This document shows, one piece after another, positions 18,958 through 27,764 of a DNA stretch of 64,000 bases. Both the position numbers and the translations under genes were made by a program. A model generated the notes under the pieces. It worked only from the letters and a program-made list of their open reading frames with translations. It ran no database searches and was not told where the DNA came from. Numbering within the stretch: position 1 is the stretch's first letter; every line of letters begins with the position of its first letter. The stretch lies in contig CAVOYO010000012.1 in the NCBI GenBank assembly GCA_963700695.1, forward strand, positions 100,393 to 164,392, read 5' to 3'. Source of the stretch: an uncultured Acidobacteriota bacterium (lineage in GTDB: Bacteria > Acidobacteriota > Vicinamibacteria > Fen-336).

Positions 18958-20151
18958 TCACCTTCGGCTCGCGATGAAGGCGTCCCGTGCGGCCACGCCG
19001 AGACCCGGATGATCGGTGAAGAAGCCGTCGACGCCGGCCTCCAGAAAGAGGAGAGCCTCGCCCTGCATATCTCCAGTGTCGTCCGGGGCGTTGCCGTCAC
19101 GCAAGGCACGGGGCAAGTAGACATTCTCGGCCCGGAGCGTCCACACGTGGACGAGGAGGGTGGCGCGGTGGGCCCCTCTCACGAGAGGCGTCGGGGCGCT
19201 CAGATGACCCGCCCCGTCGGGGGAGAGGACGAGGCCCTTGTGGACACCGATGCCACGGGCGTAGGTGGCGATCTCCGCCAGTCCTTCCGGGGTGACGAGG
19301 TCGGCGTAGGTCCTCCGGTCGCCGGCGCGGGCGAGGTCGGGGGGCTGGCCGGTCGGGGCGATGAGCTGGACGAGGGGCAGGCGCGTCATGCGCCGGAGCT
19401 TCTTGAGGTTCGTGACCTCGAAGGACTGGATGAAGACCGGATCGTCGGCGTCGCTCCATCCATGCCGAAGCAGGGCCTCCACCAGCGGTTCCTCCAGGGG
19501 GAGGCCGATCCCAGCGAAGTGGGACGGGTGCTTCGTCTCGGGATACAAACCGACAGGACGACGCTGGCGGTCTGCCCGCTCGTTCACCTCCGCCAGAAGA
19601 TCGAGGATCTCCCGGAGCGTCGGGATCTCGAACCTCCCATCGTAATCGGTCGTCCTCAGACCAGGCAGGCGTTCCCGGGCGCGGAGGGTCTTCAGCTCGG
19701 CGAGGGTGAAGTCCTCGGTGAACCAGCCCGTGACCTCCACACCCTCGATCGACCTGGTCGTCCGGCGACCGGCGAACTCGGGGTGGTCGGCGACGTCGGT
19801 GGTCTCGGAGATCTCGTTCTCGTGGCGGGCGACCAGCAGCCCGTCGCGCGTCGCCACGAGATCGGGCTCGATGAAGTCGGCCCCCTGCTCGATCGCCAGC
19901 CGGTAGGCCTCGAGGGTGTGCTCCGGGCGATGGCCGCTCGCGCCCCGGTGAGCGATGACAATAGGGTCGTCTTCTCCCGGTGCCGCCGCCGCGGTCACTA
20001 CGGCGAGTACGGCCACACCGACCAGCCCAGTCGCCTTCAGCGCGTTCACAGCAGCCGCCGCTCGTCGAGGAATCGAATCAGCGGCCGCCCCAGAAGGTCC
20101 TCCTGCTGCTTCTCCAGGGCCCGCAGCGTCAGGGCTCGGGTTCTCGTTCAC
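18958..20151 (-). CDS. Glycerophosphodiester phosphodiesterase (GlpQ/UgpQ family), exported
   Basis: IVIAHRGASGHRPEHTLEAY...ADFIEPDL GDPD catalytic motifs; hydrophobic N-terminal segment. Exact start uncertain. Confidence 0.8.
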   Translation of the reverse strand: MNENPSPDAAGPGEAAGGPSGAAADSIPRRAAAAVNALKATGLVGVAVLAVVTAAAAPGEDDPIVIAHRGASGHRPEHTLEAYRLAIEQGADFIEPDLVATRDGLLVARHENEISETTDVADHPEFAGRRTTRSIEGVEVTGWFTEDFTLAELKTLRARERLPGLRTTDYDGRFEIPTLREILDLLAEVNERADRQRRPVGLYPETKHPSHFAGIGLPLEEPLVEALLRHGWSDADDPVFIQSFEVTNLKKLRRMTRLPLVQLIAPTGQPPDLARAGDRRTYADLVTPEGLAEIATYARGIGVHKGLVLSPDGAGHLSAPTPLVRGAHRATLLVHVWTLRAENVYLPRALRDGNAPDDTGDMQGEALLFLEAGVDGFFTDHPGLGVAARDAFIASRR

Positions 20152-20294
20152 GGTGTGCTCTCCAGAGTCCGTAGGTTAGCTGGTTTCGCCATCTCGGGGT
20201 GGGCACCGCCTGGTCGGGTGTCCCTTGATCCTCCCCCGGCTGCCCCGCGCAGATGTAATGGGCCGCGGGCCGACGGGCCGCTGGCAATGGTGGA

Positions 20295-20333
20295 TTCCTC
20301 GGGCGTCGACAACACGTCCGCCCTCGGAATGAC
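20295..20333. repeat. REP-like hairpin of the CATTCCGAGGGC family
   Basis: attcctcgggcg-tcgacaacacgtcc-gccctcggaatgac: 12-bp inverted repeat. Reverse complement matches the element at 34774..34814. Confidence 0.65.
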
Positions 20334-20428
20334 TGCGTGTGGCGGTTCTGGCACAATGAGGATCGGCTGAAGCCGATTGCGGATCGCCTTCTAGGGGGGC
20401 GAGGGCGATCGGGCGGGACGTCATACAT

Positions 20429-21553
20429 TTGATCAAGATCAACAACAACAGGCGCCACCGCCCCACGCTGCTCTGTGCCGCGCTCCTCGCGGTCGCCGGG
20501 GGCTCGTTGGTCGAGGCGGACCAGCCCGGGCTCGACGGAGCCATGGACGTCTCCCCGACCAGCGCCCTCTTCCAGACGGCTCCCGAGCCCTCGGTCCCCA
20601 CTCCCAGCCGAGAGGGGCTTCGGCTCCTCGTCCAGCTCGACCCGATGGCTCTCGGTCCGTTGTCGATCGGCTCCCCGAACGCGGGCCTGCTCTTCAATCC
20701 CCAGCCGATGCCGGAAGGGGATCTCTGGCAGATCCGCAACCCGCGCGAGACGTACGGGACGACTGAGACTCTCGGCTTCATCATCAAGACGATCGAGGCG
20801 GTCGAGAGGCAGCTCCCGGGCTCGCCCCCGCTCGTCATCGGCGACATCAGCCGTCCCGACGGCGGGCGTCTCAACTGGCATGCATCCCACCAGGTCGGAC
20901 GGGACGTCGACCTCGGCTTGTACCACCGAACGGAGGTCGAGGACTTCCTTCGCGGCCGCAAGAGCAACCTCGACGTCCCGCGGACCTGGGCGCTCGTCCG
21001 GGCGCTGGTGACGGAGACGGATCTTCACCGGATCTTCCTGGACCGTTCGATTCAACAGCACCTGTACGAGCACGCCCTGCAGATCGGCGAGAATCGACTC
21101 TGGCTGGACGTCGTGTTCGGCCGCCACACCGGGGGCAAGGACGCCCTCATCCAGCACGTCCGCCGGCACCGCGACCACATGCACGTGCGCTTCTACAACG
21201 CGCGGGCGCAGGAGTGGGGGCGGATTGCGTACCCGCTGCTCGTGAAGGCGGGCCTCGCCCCCGAGCCCACCGTGACCCACCGCGCGCGGAGCGGAGAGAC
21301 ACTCTCGCACCTGTCGCGACGCTACGGCACCAGCACCGGGGCCATCCGCCGCGCGAACGGCCTGCGCGGCTCGATGATCCGCGCCGGGCGCCGGTACGTC
21401 ATCCCCATCCGCAAGATCCCCTCCGAGGCGGAGCCGTTCGTCGTTCCCCCACGCCTGCTGCCGCCGGCGCCCCGGGCGGCCGCGGAGGCGCTCGACGGAG
21501 ACGCGTTTCCATCGCCCGCCGTCGGCGGATCCGCGGCCATCGGTCGCCCCTGA
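20429..21553 (+). CDS. Penicillin-insensitive murein endopeptidase (MepA/M74-like) with C-terminal LysM domain
   Basis: Signal peptide; LVIGDISRPDGG...HASHQVGRDVDL metal-binding motifs of MepA; C-terminal HRARSGETLSHLSRRYGTSTGAIRRANGL...YVIP = LysM. Confidence 0.7.
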   Translation: MIKINNNRRHRPTLLCAALLAVAGGSLVEADQPGLDGAMDVSPTSALFQTAPEPSVPTPSREGLRLLVQLDPMALGPLSIGSPNAGLLFNPQPMPEGDLWQIRNPRETYGTTETLGFIIKTIEAVERQLPGSPPLVIGDISRPDGGRLNWHASHQVGRDVDLGLYHRTEVEDFLRGRKSNLDVPRTWALVRALVTETDLHRIFLDRSIQQHLYEHALQIGENRLWLDVVFGRHTGGKDALIQHVRRHRDHMHVRFYNARAQEWGRIAYPLLVKAGLAPEPTVTHRARSGETLSHLSRRYGTSTGAIRRANGLRGSMIRAGRRYVIPIRKIPSEAEPFVVPPRLLPPAPRAAAEALDGDAFPSPAVGGSAAIGRP

Positions 21554-21711
21554 TTCTCGATCGTGATCTTTCGTCACGAAGAAGGTCGCGCCCGGCGCAA
21601 GTTGAGCCGGTTTCGGTTGACCGTCGCTCCCGCGGCGGGTACCTTCCTTTCAGTCGCTCCCGAGCCCCGGTCGGCGGGGCGCTCCGCGCGGTGAGCGGCG
21701 GGGGGAGGACC

Positions 21712-22221
21712 ATGGACCTCGTTGACAAGATTCAGGAAGGCCAGAACTTCCTGGAGAAGATCGCGAGCAAGATCCCGGGCTTCAAGGGGTATCGCGAGAA
21801 GGAGCGACGGCGCGAGGCGGACCGGATCAGCCGAGAGCACATGGCGGTGCGGCTCGAGGGGGCCAAGAAAGAGCTCGACACCCTCTCCGCCAACGCGAGC
21901 CGCGTGGGTGAGCTCGACGCGATCAACGACATCGAGACCGCCCGCAAGCGCCTCGACAAGGTTGCGGCCCGCGTCCGCTACGCAGACCGCGGGTACGCCG
22001 GCTTCTTCGACGCAATCAAGATCAACGACGCCATCCTCGACCGGGTCTACCGTTTCGACCTCGCTCTCCTCGCCGGCGTCGAGGAGGCGCGCGAAGCCGC
22101 CCAGGCCGCGGGCGCTGCCGCGGGGGGCGTGGGGCCAGCCCTGCAGGGCTTCATCGCCCGGCTCGACGCGCTCGACGAGGCCCTCACCGAACGCGAGCAC
22201 ATCCTCTCCGGCGTCAAGTAG
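21712..22221 (+). CDS. Hypothetical coiled-coil protein, co-transcribed with SPFH protein
   Basis: GGGGGAGGA SD before ATG 21712; charged heptad-rich sequence (EKIASKIPGFKGYREKERRREADRISREH...); 9-nt gap to the next gene. Confidence 0.5.
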   Translation: MDLVDKIQEGQNFLEKIASKIPGFKGYREKERRREADRISREHMAVRLEGAKKELDTLSANASRVGELDAINDIETARKRLDKVAARVRYADRGYAGFFDAIKINDAILDRVYRFDLALLAGVEEAREAAQAAGAAAGGVGPALQGFIARLDALDEALTEREHILSGVK

Positions 22222-22230
22222 GAGGAACCC

Positions 22231-23319
22231 ATGGCCCTGCTCGAGCTGATCCAGTACTTCGACGCCACCGGCTCGGAGATCGTCCACCGCGAGCCGCCCT
22301 CCGGTTCCGCCGACATCAGGTTCGGTGCCCAGCTCATCGTCCAGGACAATCAGTGGGCGGTCTTCTTCCGTGACGGCAAGGCGCTCGACGCGCTGACCTC
22401 CGGACGCCATACCCTCACCACGGTCAACCTGCCGCTCCTCACGAAGCTCCTGGGCCTGCCCTTCGGCGGGGAGTCGCCCTTCCAGGCGCAGGTCTACTTC
22501 GTCAGCCGGCAGACGTTCACCGAGCTGAAGTGGGGGACGAAGGAGCCCATCGTCTTCCGCGACTCCGAGCTCTCGATGGTGCGCCTGCGGTCGTTCGGCC
22601 GGTTCTCCATGCGTGTCGTCGACCCTGGCATCTTCATCCAGCAGCTCGTCGGCACACGCGGGGTCTTCACGACCGACGCCATCGAGGACTTCCTGCGCGC
22701 CATCTGCGTTGCCCGGCTGACCGATCTGCTGGGCGAGACGCTCAAGACCGTCCTCGACCTGCCGCGCTACTACGATGAGCTGTCCGGGGCCCTCAAGGGC
22801 CGCGTCGCCGACGACTTCGGGAAGTACGGGGTCGAGCTGGTGGACTTCCTCATCGGGGCCATCACGCCGCCCGAGGAAGTGCAGAAGATGATCGACGAGC
22901 GCGCGGGGATGGGCGCGGTCGGCGACATGCAGCGGTACATGGCCTACAAGACGGCCCGAGCGATCGAGGCCGCCGCCGACAACCCCGGAGAGACGGGGGG
23001 CGCGGCCGGGCTCGGTCTGGGGGCCGGCATCGGCATGATGATGCCGCAGATGATGGCGGGGGCCATCGCCAAGGCCGCGCAGGGAACGACGCCGGGGACC
23101 CCGGCAGCCCCGGGAACGCCGGCGGCTCCCGGTGCCCCCGCTGCGCCGGTGGCACCGACCGGCCGGCGCGAGATCACACCCGGGATGTCCTTCGACGAAG
23201 TGAAGGGGGTGTTCGGAGAACCCAGCGGCGAGGTGGTCTTCGGCAACAAGACCCGCTGGAGCTTCGCCGACATCACCGTCATCTTCGAGGATGGCAAGGT
23301 CACCGAGGTCAAGTTCTAG
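22231..23319 (+). CDS. SPFH/band-7 domain protein (COG4260-like) with Pro/Ala-rich linker and small C-terminal beta domain
   Basis: [22 protein letters not shown]...[19 protein letters not shown]-terminus characteristic of COG4260 SPFH proteins; [19 protein letters not shown] linker; C-terminal ...[13 protein letters not shown]. Confidence 0.7.
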   Translation: MALLELIQYFDATGSEIVHREPPSGSADIRFGAQLIVQDNQWAVFFRDGKALDALTSGRHTLTTVNLPLLTKLLGLPFGGESPFQAQVYFVSRQTFTELKWGTKEPIVFRDSELSMVRLRSFGRFSMRVVDPGIFIQQLVGTRGVFTTDAIEDFLRAICVARLTDLLGETLKTVLDLPRYYDELSGALKGRVADDFGKYGVELVDFLIGAITPPEEVQKMIDERAGMGAVGDMQRYMAYKTARAIEAAADNPGETGGAAGLGLGAGIGMMMPQMMAGAIAKAAQGTTPGTPAAPGTPAAPGAPAAPVAPTGRREITPGMSFDEVKGVFGEPSGEVVFGNKTRWSFADITVIFEDGKVTEVKF

Positions 23320-23333
23320 AAGCCAGCCGCACA

Positions 23334-23364
23334 CCCGCGGGTCCCCAGGGAAGGGACACGCGGG
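23334..23364. terminator. Candidate bidirectional terminator hairpin between convergent genes
   Basis: cccgcgggtccc-cagggaa-gggacacgcggg: 12-bp stem (1 mismatch), 7-nt loop, lying between the SPFH stop (23319) and LOG stop (23402). No T-tract (common in high-GC genomes). Confidence 0.35.
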
Positions 23365-23401
23365 CGAGCCTAGGCCTGGTGACCAGCCGCGCCAGCGGGC
23401 C

Positions 23402-23983
23402 CTAGGCCTCGTCGGGCGTGATCCACTCCGGGCCCGTCCCCGGCCTGTGGGCGCGGAGCTCGCCCAGGAGCGCCGGGGGCGAGTCCGCTACCACGATGCG
23501 CCGGCGGTTCTCCTCCGACACGAAACCCTCCTTCACGGCGTGGTCCAGGAGGGCGACGAGCGGGTCGTAGTAGCCGGCCACGTTCAAGATGCCCACGGGC
23601 TTGCGGTGGATCCCGAGCTGACCCCAGGTCGCGATCTCGAGGAGCTCCTCGAAGGTGCCGAGCCCGCCGGGCAGGGCGATGAAGGCGTCGGAGAGCTCGG
23701 CCATGAGGGCCTTGCGGGCGTGCATGCTCGAGACGATGCGCATGTCGGGCACCGCCCGGTGGGCCAGCTCACGGGCGGCGAGGGCGTGGGGAATGACGCC
23801 GACCACCTCGCCCCCCGCCGCCAGGGTCGCGTCGGCCAGGATGCCCATGAGCCCGACCGAGCCGCCCCCGAAGACGACGCCGACCCCCTCGGAGGCGAGC
23901 CGACGCCCCAGATCGGCGGCGGCGTGACGGTAGCGCGGATCGGAGCCCGTGCTCGAGCCGCAGAAGACGCAGATGCGCCGCAC
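23402..23983 (-). CDS. LOG family cytokinin riboside 5'-monophosphate phosphoribohydrolase (TIGR00730)
   Basis: RRICVFCGSS, GGGSVGLMG, ALPGGLGTFEEL (PGGxGTxxE) motifs; GTG start at 23983 chosen because the upstream small ORF ends at 23995. Confidence 0.8.
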   Translation of the reverse strand: MRRICVFCGSSTGSDPRYRHAAADLGRRLASEGVGVVFGGGSVGLMGILADATLAAGGEVVGVIPHALAARELAHRAVPDMRIVSSMHARKALMAELSDAFIALPGGLGTFEELLEIATWGQLGIHRKPVGILNVAGYYDPLVALLDHAVKEGFVSEENRRRIVVADSPPALLGELRAHRPGTGPEWITPDEA

Positions 23984-23994
23984 GCGCGCGGCCG

Positions 23995-24216
23995 TCAGCG
24001 TCCCTTTGGGAAGATCGCCATGAGAAGGCCGATGCCCGCGACGCCGGCACAAGCGTACCGCGCCAGGTCCCACCGGCCGGCCTCCCGCTCGAGTCCTTCG
24101 CTGATGCTCACGCCCGCGGGCACCGGCTCGTGCTTCTCGAGCTGCTGAGAGGCGTACATGAAGCCCAGGATGCCCAGGAGCAGCATGATCCCGCCGAAGT
24201 TCCGCATGGGGCTCAT
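23995..24216 (-). CDS. Small hydrophobic membrane protein (2 TM), upstream of LOG
   Basis: MSPMRNFGGIMLLLGILGFMYASQQ...YACAGVAGIGLLMAIFPKGR; 11-nt gap to LOG start. Confidence 0.45.
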   Translation of the reverse strand: MSPMRNFGGIMLLLGILGFMYASQQLEKHEPVPAGVSISEGLEREAGRWDLARYACAGVAGIGLLMAIFPKGR

Positions 24217-24232
24217 GGTACACCGGAGCCTC

Positions 24233-24238
24233 TATAAT
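24233..24238 (+). promoter_or_regulatory. Perfect -10 hexamer TATAAT 6 nt upstream of the Grx-like ATG (leaderless transcript likely)
   Basis: tctTATAATggggccATG; no SD between box and start. Confidence 0.3.
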
Positions 24239-24244
24239 GGGGCC

Positions 24245-24466
24245 ATGTCAGAGGTGCGCAGCGTCCTCATCTTCGGCAAGGACACGTGACCCCACACCAC
24301 CGAGGCCCGGGAGGCCTACGCGGGGAAGGGCTACACGGTCGACTATCGCGACGTGACGGCGTCGCCCACGGCCCTTGACGAAATGCTCGAGCACTCGGGT
24401 GGCCGACGCAGCGTGCCGGTCATCGTCGACGAGGGCCGCGTCGAGATCGGGTACGGAGGCACCTGA
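24245..24466 (+). CDS. Glutaredoxin/NrdH-like thioredoxin-fold protein with in-frame TGA at the active-site Cys position (candidate selenoprotein, UPHT motif)
   Basis: Translation MSEVRSVLIFGKDT-[TGA 24287-24289]-PHTTEAREAYAGKGYTVDYRDV...RRSVPVIVDEGRVEIGYGGT. Full Grx topology with TGA exactly where CPYC Cys1 sits; GC-rich hairpin aggcc-cggga-ggcct starts 13 nt after TGA. Not in ORF track because of the TGA. Confidence 0.5.
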
Positions 24467-24524
24467 GGGGTGTAGGTTCCGGGGCCGGTCCGGCCCCGAC
24501 GCCACTCGACCTCAGAGCCGAAGC

Positions 24525-25577
24525 GTGAGCCCCGCCTCCTTTCCCACGTCCGGTCATGCCCGCTGGCGCCGGGGGGTCCTCGTGCCCGGCGTGGCCGCCC
24601 TGCTCATCCTCGGCTCCTTCTGGGCCCATCCCCGTGAGGACGGTCTCGCCCTGGACGTGCAGCCCCTGCCCCTCAACCCCTCGGAGCCCGAGCAGACGGT
24701 GGTGGGTCCCCTTCGCTTCCGCGGTGGCCTCTGGCTCCGCTCGGCCGACCCCCGATTCGGGGGGCTCTCGGACGTGCGGGTGGCTCCGGACGGGTCGCAG
24801 CTGCTCGCCGTGTCGGACTGCGGGCGCGGCTTCGTGGCGATGCTCGTCCACGACTCGAGCGGGGACCTGGCCGACCTGCGATCCCCCCGGCTGGTCGATC
24901 TCGTCGGGCCGGACGGGGGCCCCTTGATGAGCCGGGCCGAGCGGGATGCCGAGAGCCTTGCGTTCGAGGGCGACGACGGCCTCCTGATCGGCTTCGAGGG
25001 TCGGCCGCGGATCTGGCGGTACGCGCGGTCGCCACCGTTCGCCGGGCCTGCCGAGCCCCGGCCCGGGCCTCCCATCGACGGGGCGTGCCGCGGGAACCGG
25101 AGCCTCGAGACGCTCGTGGATCTCGAGGGCGGGCAGCTCTTCGTGGCGTGTGAGGCCGCCACCGGCAGCCAGGGCCCGGTGCCGGCCTGGGTGGGGTCGG
25201 GGGAGAGCTGGACCGCTCGCTCCTATCCGTTGGGAGGCGAAGGGCTGGGGGGCTTCTTCACCCCGACCGCCGCCGCCCGTCTCCCGGGAGGCGACGTCGT
25301 GGTGCTCGAGCGGCGTTTCCCGCCGCTCGAGGTGCGGCTGATGAGGCTCACGAAGGCCGACCTGGAGGGCACCGGCCCCCTCGCCCCGTACGAGGTCGCC
25401 CGTCTCTCCCCGCCGCTGTCGGTCGACAACTTCGAGGGCATCGACGTCCGTACGGACCCCTCGGGCGTGACGTTGCTCTACCTGCTCTCCGACGACAACG
25501 GCTGCTCGAAGCGGGCGGGCGTCGTCCCCCCCCGCTTCCAGCGCACGCTTCTGCTGCTCTTCGAGCTGACCGGCTGA
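24525..25577 (+). CDS. Secreted esterase-like-activity-of-phytase family (beta-propeller phytase-like) protein
   Basis: Signal-like N-term (ARWRRGVLVPGVAALLILGSFWA); body matches phytase-like esterase family composition (GLSDVRVAPDGSQLLAVSD...). GTG start at 24525 inferred; start uncertain. Confidence 0.5.
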   Translation: MSPASFPTSGHARWRRGVLVPGVAALLILGSFWAHPREDGLALDVQPLPLNPSEPEQTVVGPLRFRGGLWLRSADPRFGGLSDVRVAPDGSQLLAVSDCGRGFVAMLVHDSSGDLADLRSPRLVDLVGPDGGPLMSRAERDAESLAFEGDDGLLIGFEGRPRIWRYARSPPFAGPAEPRPGPPIDGACRGNRSLETLVDLEGGQLFVACEAATGSQGPVPAWVGSGESWTARSYPLGGEGLGGFFTPTAAARLPGGDVVVLERRFPPLEVRLMRLTKADLEGTGPLAPYEVARLSPPLSVDNFEGIDVRTDPSGVTLLYLLSDDNGCSKRAGVVPPRFQRTLLLLFELTG

Positions 25578-25683
25578 CTCGGGGCGGCCGGGCGGTCGCC
25601 TCTCGTGCCGGCCCCGGCCCGACCGCCTCTGGGCGGTGCGGGCTTGCAGCTTCAGTCGGATCGGGGCTAGGCTCTGCGGCGTG

Positions 25684-26280
25684 ATGACGCTTCTGCTCGT
25701 GCTGCTCCTGGCCCAGCCTCTGGGCCGGCCCCTCTTCTACTGGGGTGCGCGTCCCGCCACCATCGTCACCGGGGTGTCCCCCGGAGACGGGCTTGCGGCT
25801 CAGGTCACCGAGGTCCACGGCGTCGTCGACGACGGCGAGCTCGTCCTGCGGGTGAGCTTCGATCGCCCGGTGAGCGACGCCGTGTATCTCCCCTCGGGGG
25901 CCCCGGTCTCCGGTCGCCTTCGGGCGGCCGTCTACGTGGACGGGGACGCGGACCGCTACACCGGCTGGTCGGCCTCGCCGGGCGACCCCCGCGCGGGAGC
26001 CGACTACCGGATCGATCTCGGAGTGCTCGCCCTCGGCGCCGATCCCGGGGAGGGGATCCCGGCCCAGGCGCTCGTGACCGTGTCCGCGTTTGCCCTGACG
26101 GCGCAAGGGCGCCAGCGGAGCCTCTGGCGGACCGACCATTCCGTGAGTCCGGACCAGGTCTCGATCCGCGGTGACGCGATCGAGATGCGCGTGCCCGCCG
26201 GCTCGGTGTCGGTCACGCCGACGGCACGACTCGGCCTGGTGGTGGGCGATCAGGGATTCGAAGGCGCTCTGAGACCCTGA
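25684..26280 (+). CDS. Hypothetical secreted protein
   Basis: MTLLLVLLLAQPLG signal peptide; no family recognised. Confidence 0.45.
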   Translation: MTLLLVLLLAQPLGRPLFYWGARPATIVTGVSPGDGLAAQVTEVHGVVDDGELVLRVSFDRPVSDAVYLPSGAPVSGRLRAAVYVDGDADRYTGWSASPGDPRAGADYRIDLGVLALGADPGEGIPAQALVTVSAFALTAQGRQRSLWRTDHSVSPDQVSIRGDAIEMRVPAGSVSVTPTARLGLVVGDQGFEGALRP

Positions 26281-26315
26281 ATCCTGCTCGTCGTGTCGGA
26301 AGATCGGGTGAGGGC

Positions 26316-26537
26316 CTAGGCGACGAGAACGGGCACCTGGTCCTGAGCGCCGCGCTGCAGCAGGCCCAGCCGCTTCATCTTCTCGTGCAGCGTGGTGGGG
26401 AGCACCCCCAGGGCCTGGGCCGCCCGCCGTTGGTTGCCCCTCGTCCTGTGCAGCGCCTCTTCGATGATCCGCCGCTCGTATGCGTCCAGCATCGTCTTGA
26501 GGGTCGGGCGTGACCCGCTCGCGTAAAGCTGCTCCAT
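26316..26537 (-). CDS. Fis-family HTH DNA-binding protein
   Basis: YERRIIEEALHRTRGNQRRAAQALGVLPTTLHEKMKRLGL = HTH_8/Fis-type helix-turn-helix; start at MEQLYAS. Confidence 0.65.
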   Translation of the reverse strand: MEQLYASGSRPTLKTMLDAYERRIIEEALHRTRGNQRRAAQALGVLPTTLHEKMKRLGLLQRGAQDQVPVLVA

Positions 26538-26661
26538 TCGGCAATCCTCCGAAGCTGCGCCCGCGTGACGGACGAGGTTCTGACCTTCATAGTCCAGGAC
26601 GTTCAAGGCCGTGAAAAGGTTTCATGAAAAGCTGCCGAAGGCCGGGGTAGCATAGGCGACC

Positions 26662-27760
26662 ATGACGACCGCGAAGCGCGTTCACAATTTCGGGGCGGGC
26701 CCGGCGGCGCTTCCGCTGCCGGTGCTGGAGCAGGTGCAGGCGGAGCTTCTCGACCACGGCGGCACGGGCATGTCCGTGATGGAGCTGAGCCACCGCTCGG
26801 CCGCGTTCGGAGAGGTGATCGAGCAGGCCGAGGCCGACCTGCGGGTCCTTCTCGGCCTGTCCTCGGACTACGCCGTCCTCTTTCTACAAGGGGGCGCCTC
26901 GCTGCAGTTCGCGATGGTGCCGGCGAATCTGCGGCCGGCCGGGGCCTCCGCCGACTACGTGCTGACCGGGAACTGGTCGAGGGCGGCCATCAAGGAGGCG
27001 GCCAAGGGAGGCAGAGTCCGCACGGTCGGCTCGACCGAGCCCTCCGGCTTCGACCGCATCCCCGCCCAGGGGGAGCTCGACTTCGACCCGCAGGCCGCCT
27101 ACGCCCACTTCACGTCCAACAACACGATATACGGGACCCAGTGGCCGACCGAGCCGGAGGCCCCGTCCGGGCGTGCCGCTCGTGTGCGACGCCTCTTCCG
27201 ACGCGCTGAGCCGACCCATCGACATCCGCCGCTACGGCGTGCTCTACGCCGGGGCCCAGAAGAACCTCGGACCCGCCGGGATCGCGGTGGTCGTGGTGCG
27301 CCAGGAGCTCCTGGAGCGGACACCGGGAGGGCTGCCCGCGCTCATGGACTACCGGCTCATGGCCGAGAAGCGCTCCCTCTACAACACCCCGCCCACCTTC
27401 ACCGTGTACGTTGTGGGCCGCGTGTTGAGGTGGCTCAGGGAGCTGGGGGGACTGGCCGAGATCGCAAAGCGAAACGAGGCGAAAGCGGCGCTTCTCTATG
27501 ACGCGATCGACGCGAGCGGCGGCTTCTACCGCGGTCACGCGCGGAAGGAGAGCCGCTCCCGGATGAACGTCACATTCCGCCTCCCAACCGAGGACCTCGA
27601 GGAGCATTTTCTGAAGGAGGCGGGGCCCGCCGACCTCGCCGGCCTCAAGGGCCACCGCTCCGTGGGGGGGCTGCGGGCCTCGATCTACAACGCCTGTCCG
27701 ATCGAATCGGTGCGAGCGCTCGTGGACTTCATGGCGGACTTCAAGAAGCGCCGCGGCTGA
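26662..27760 (+). CDS. serC: Phosphoserine aminotransferase SerC, frame broken once near 27165 (extra G in GGG run)
   Basis: NFGAGPAALPLPVLEQ...MELSHRS N-term in frame 1. PLVCDASSDALSRPID...GAQKNLGPAG and the C-terminus are in frame 2 (ORF 27173..27760). Removing one g from ccgtccgggcgtgccg restores EPEAPSGVPLVCD. Confidence 0.8.
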
Positions 27761-27764
27761 CCGC

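Noticed and set aside
21574-23334. 586-aa minus-strand ORF
   Set aside because: Antisense to the coiled-coil and SPFH genes, which have strong family signatures and RBSs. Its translation is low-complexity.
24245-24289. Reading the Grx-like gene as a 14-aa peptide terminating at TGA
   Set aside because: Downstream frame continues for 58 codons as a textbook Grx/NrdH fold with its own stop. A simple stop would leave that conservation unexplained. Kept as selenoprotein candidate, with pseudogene or base error as the alternative.
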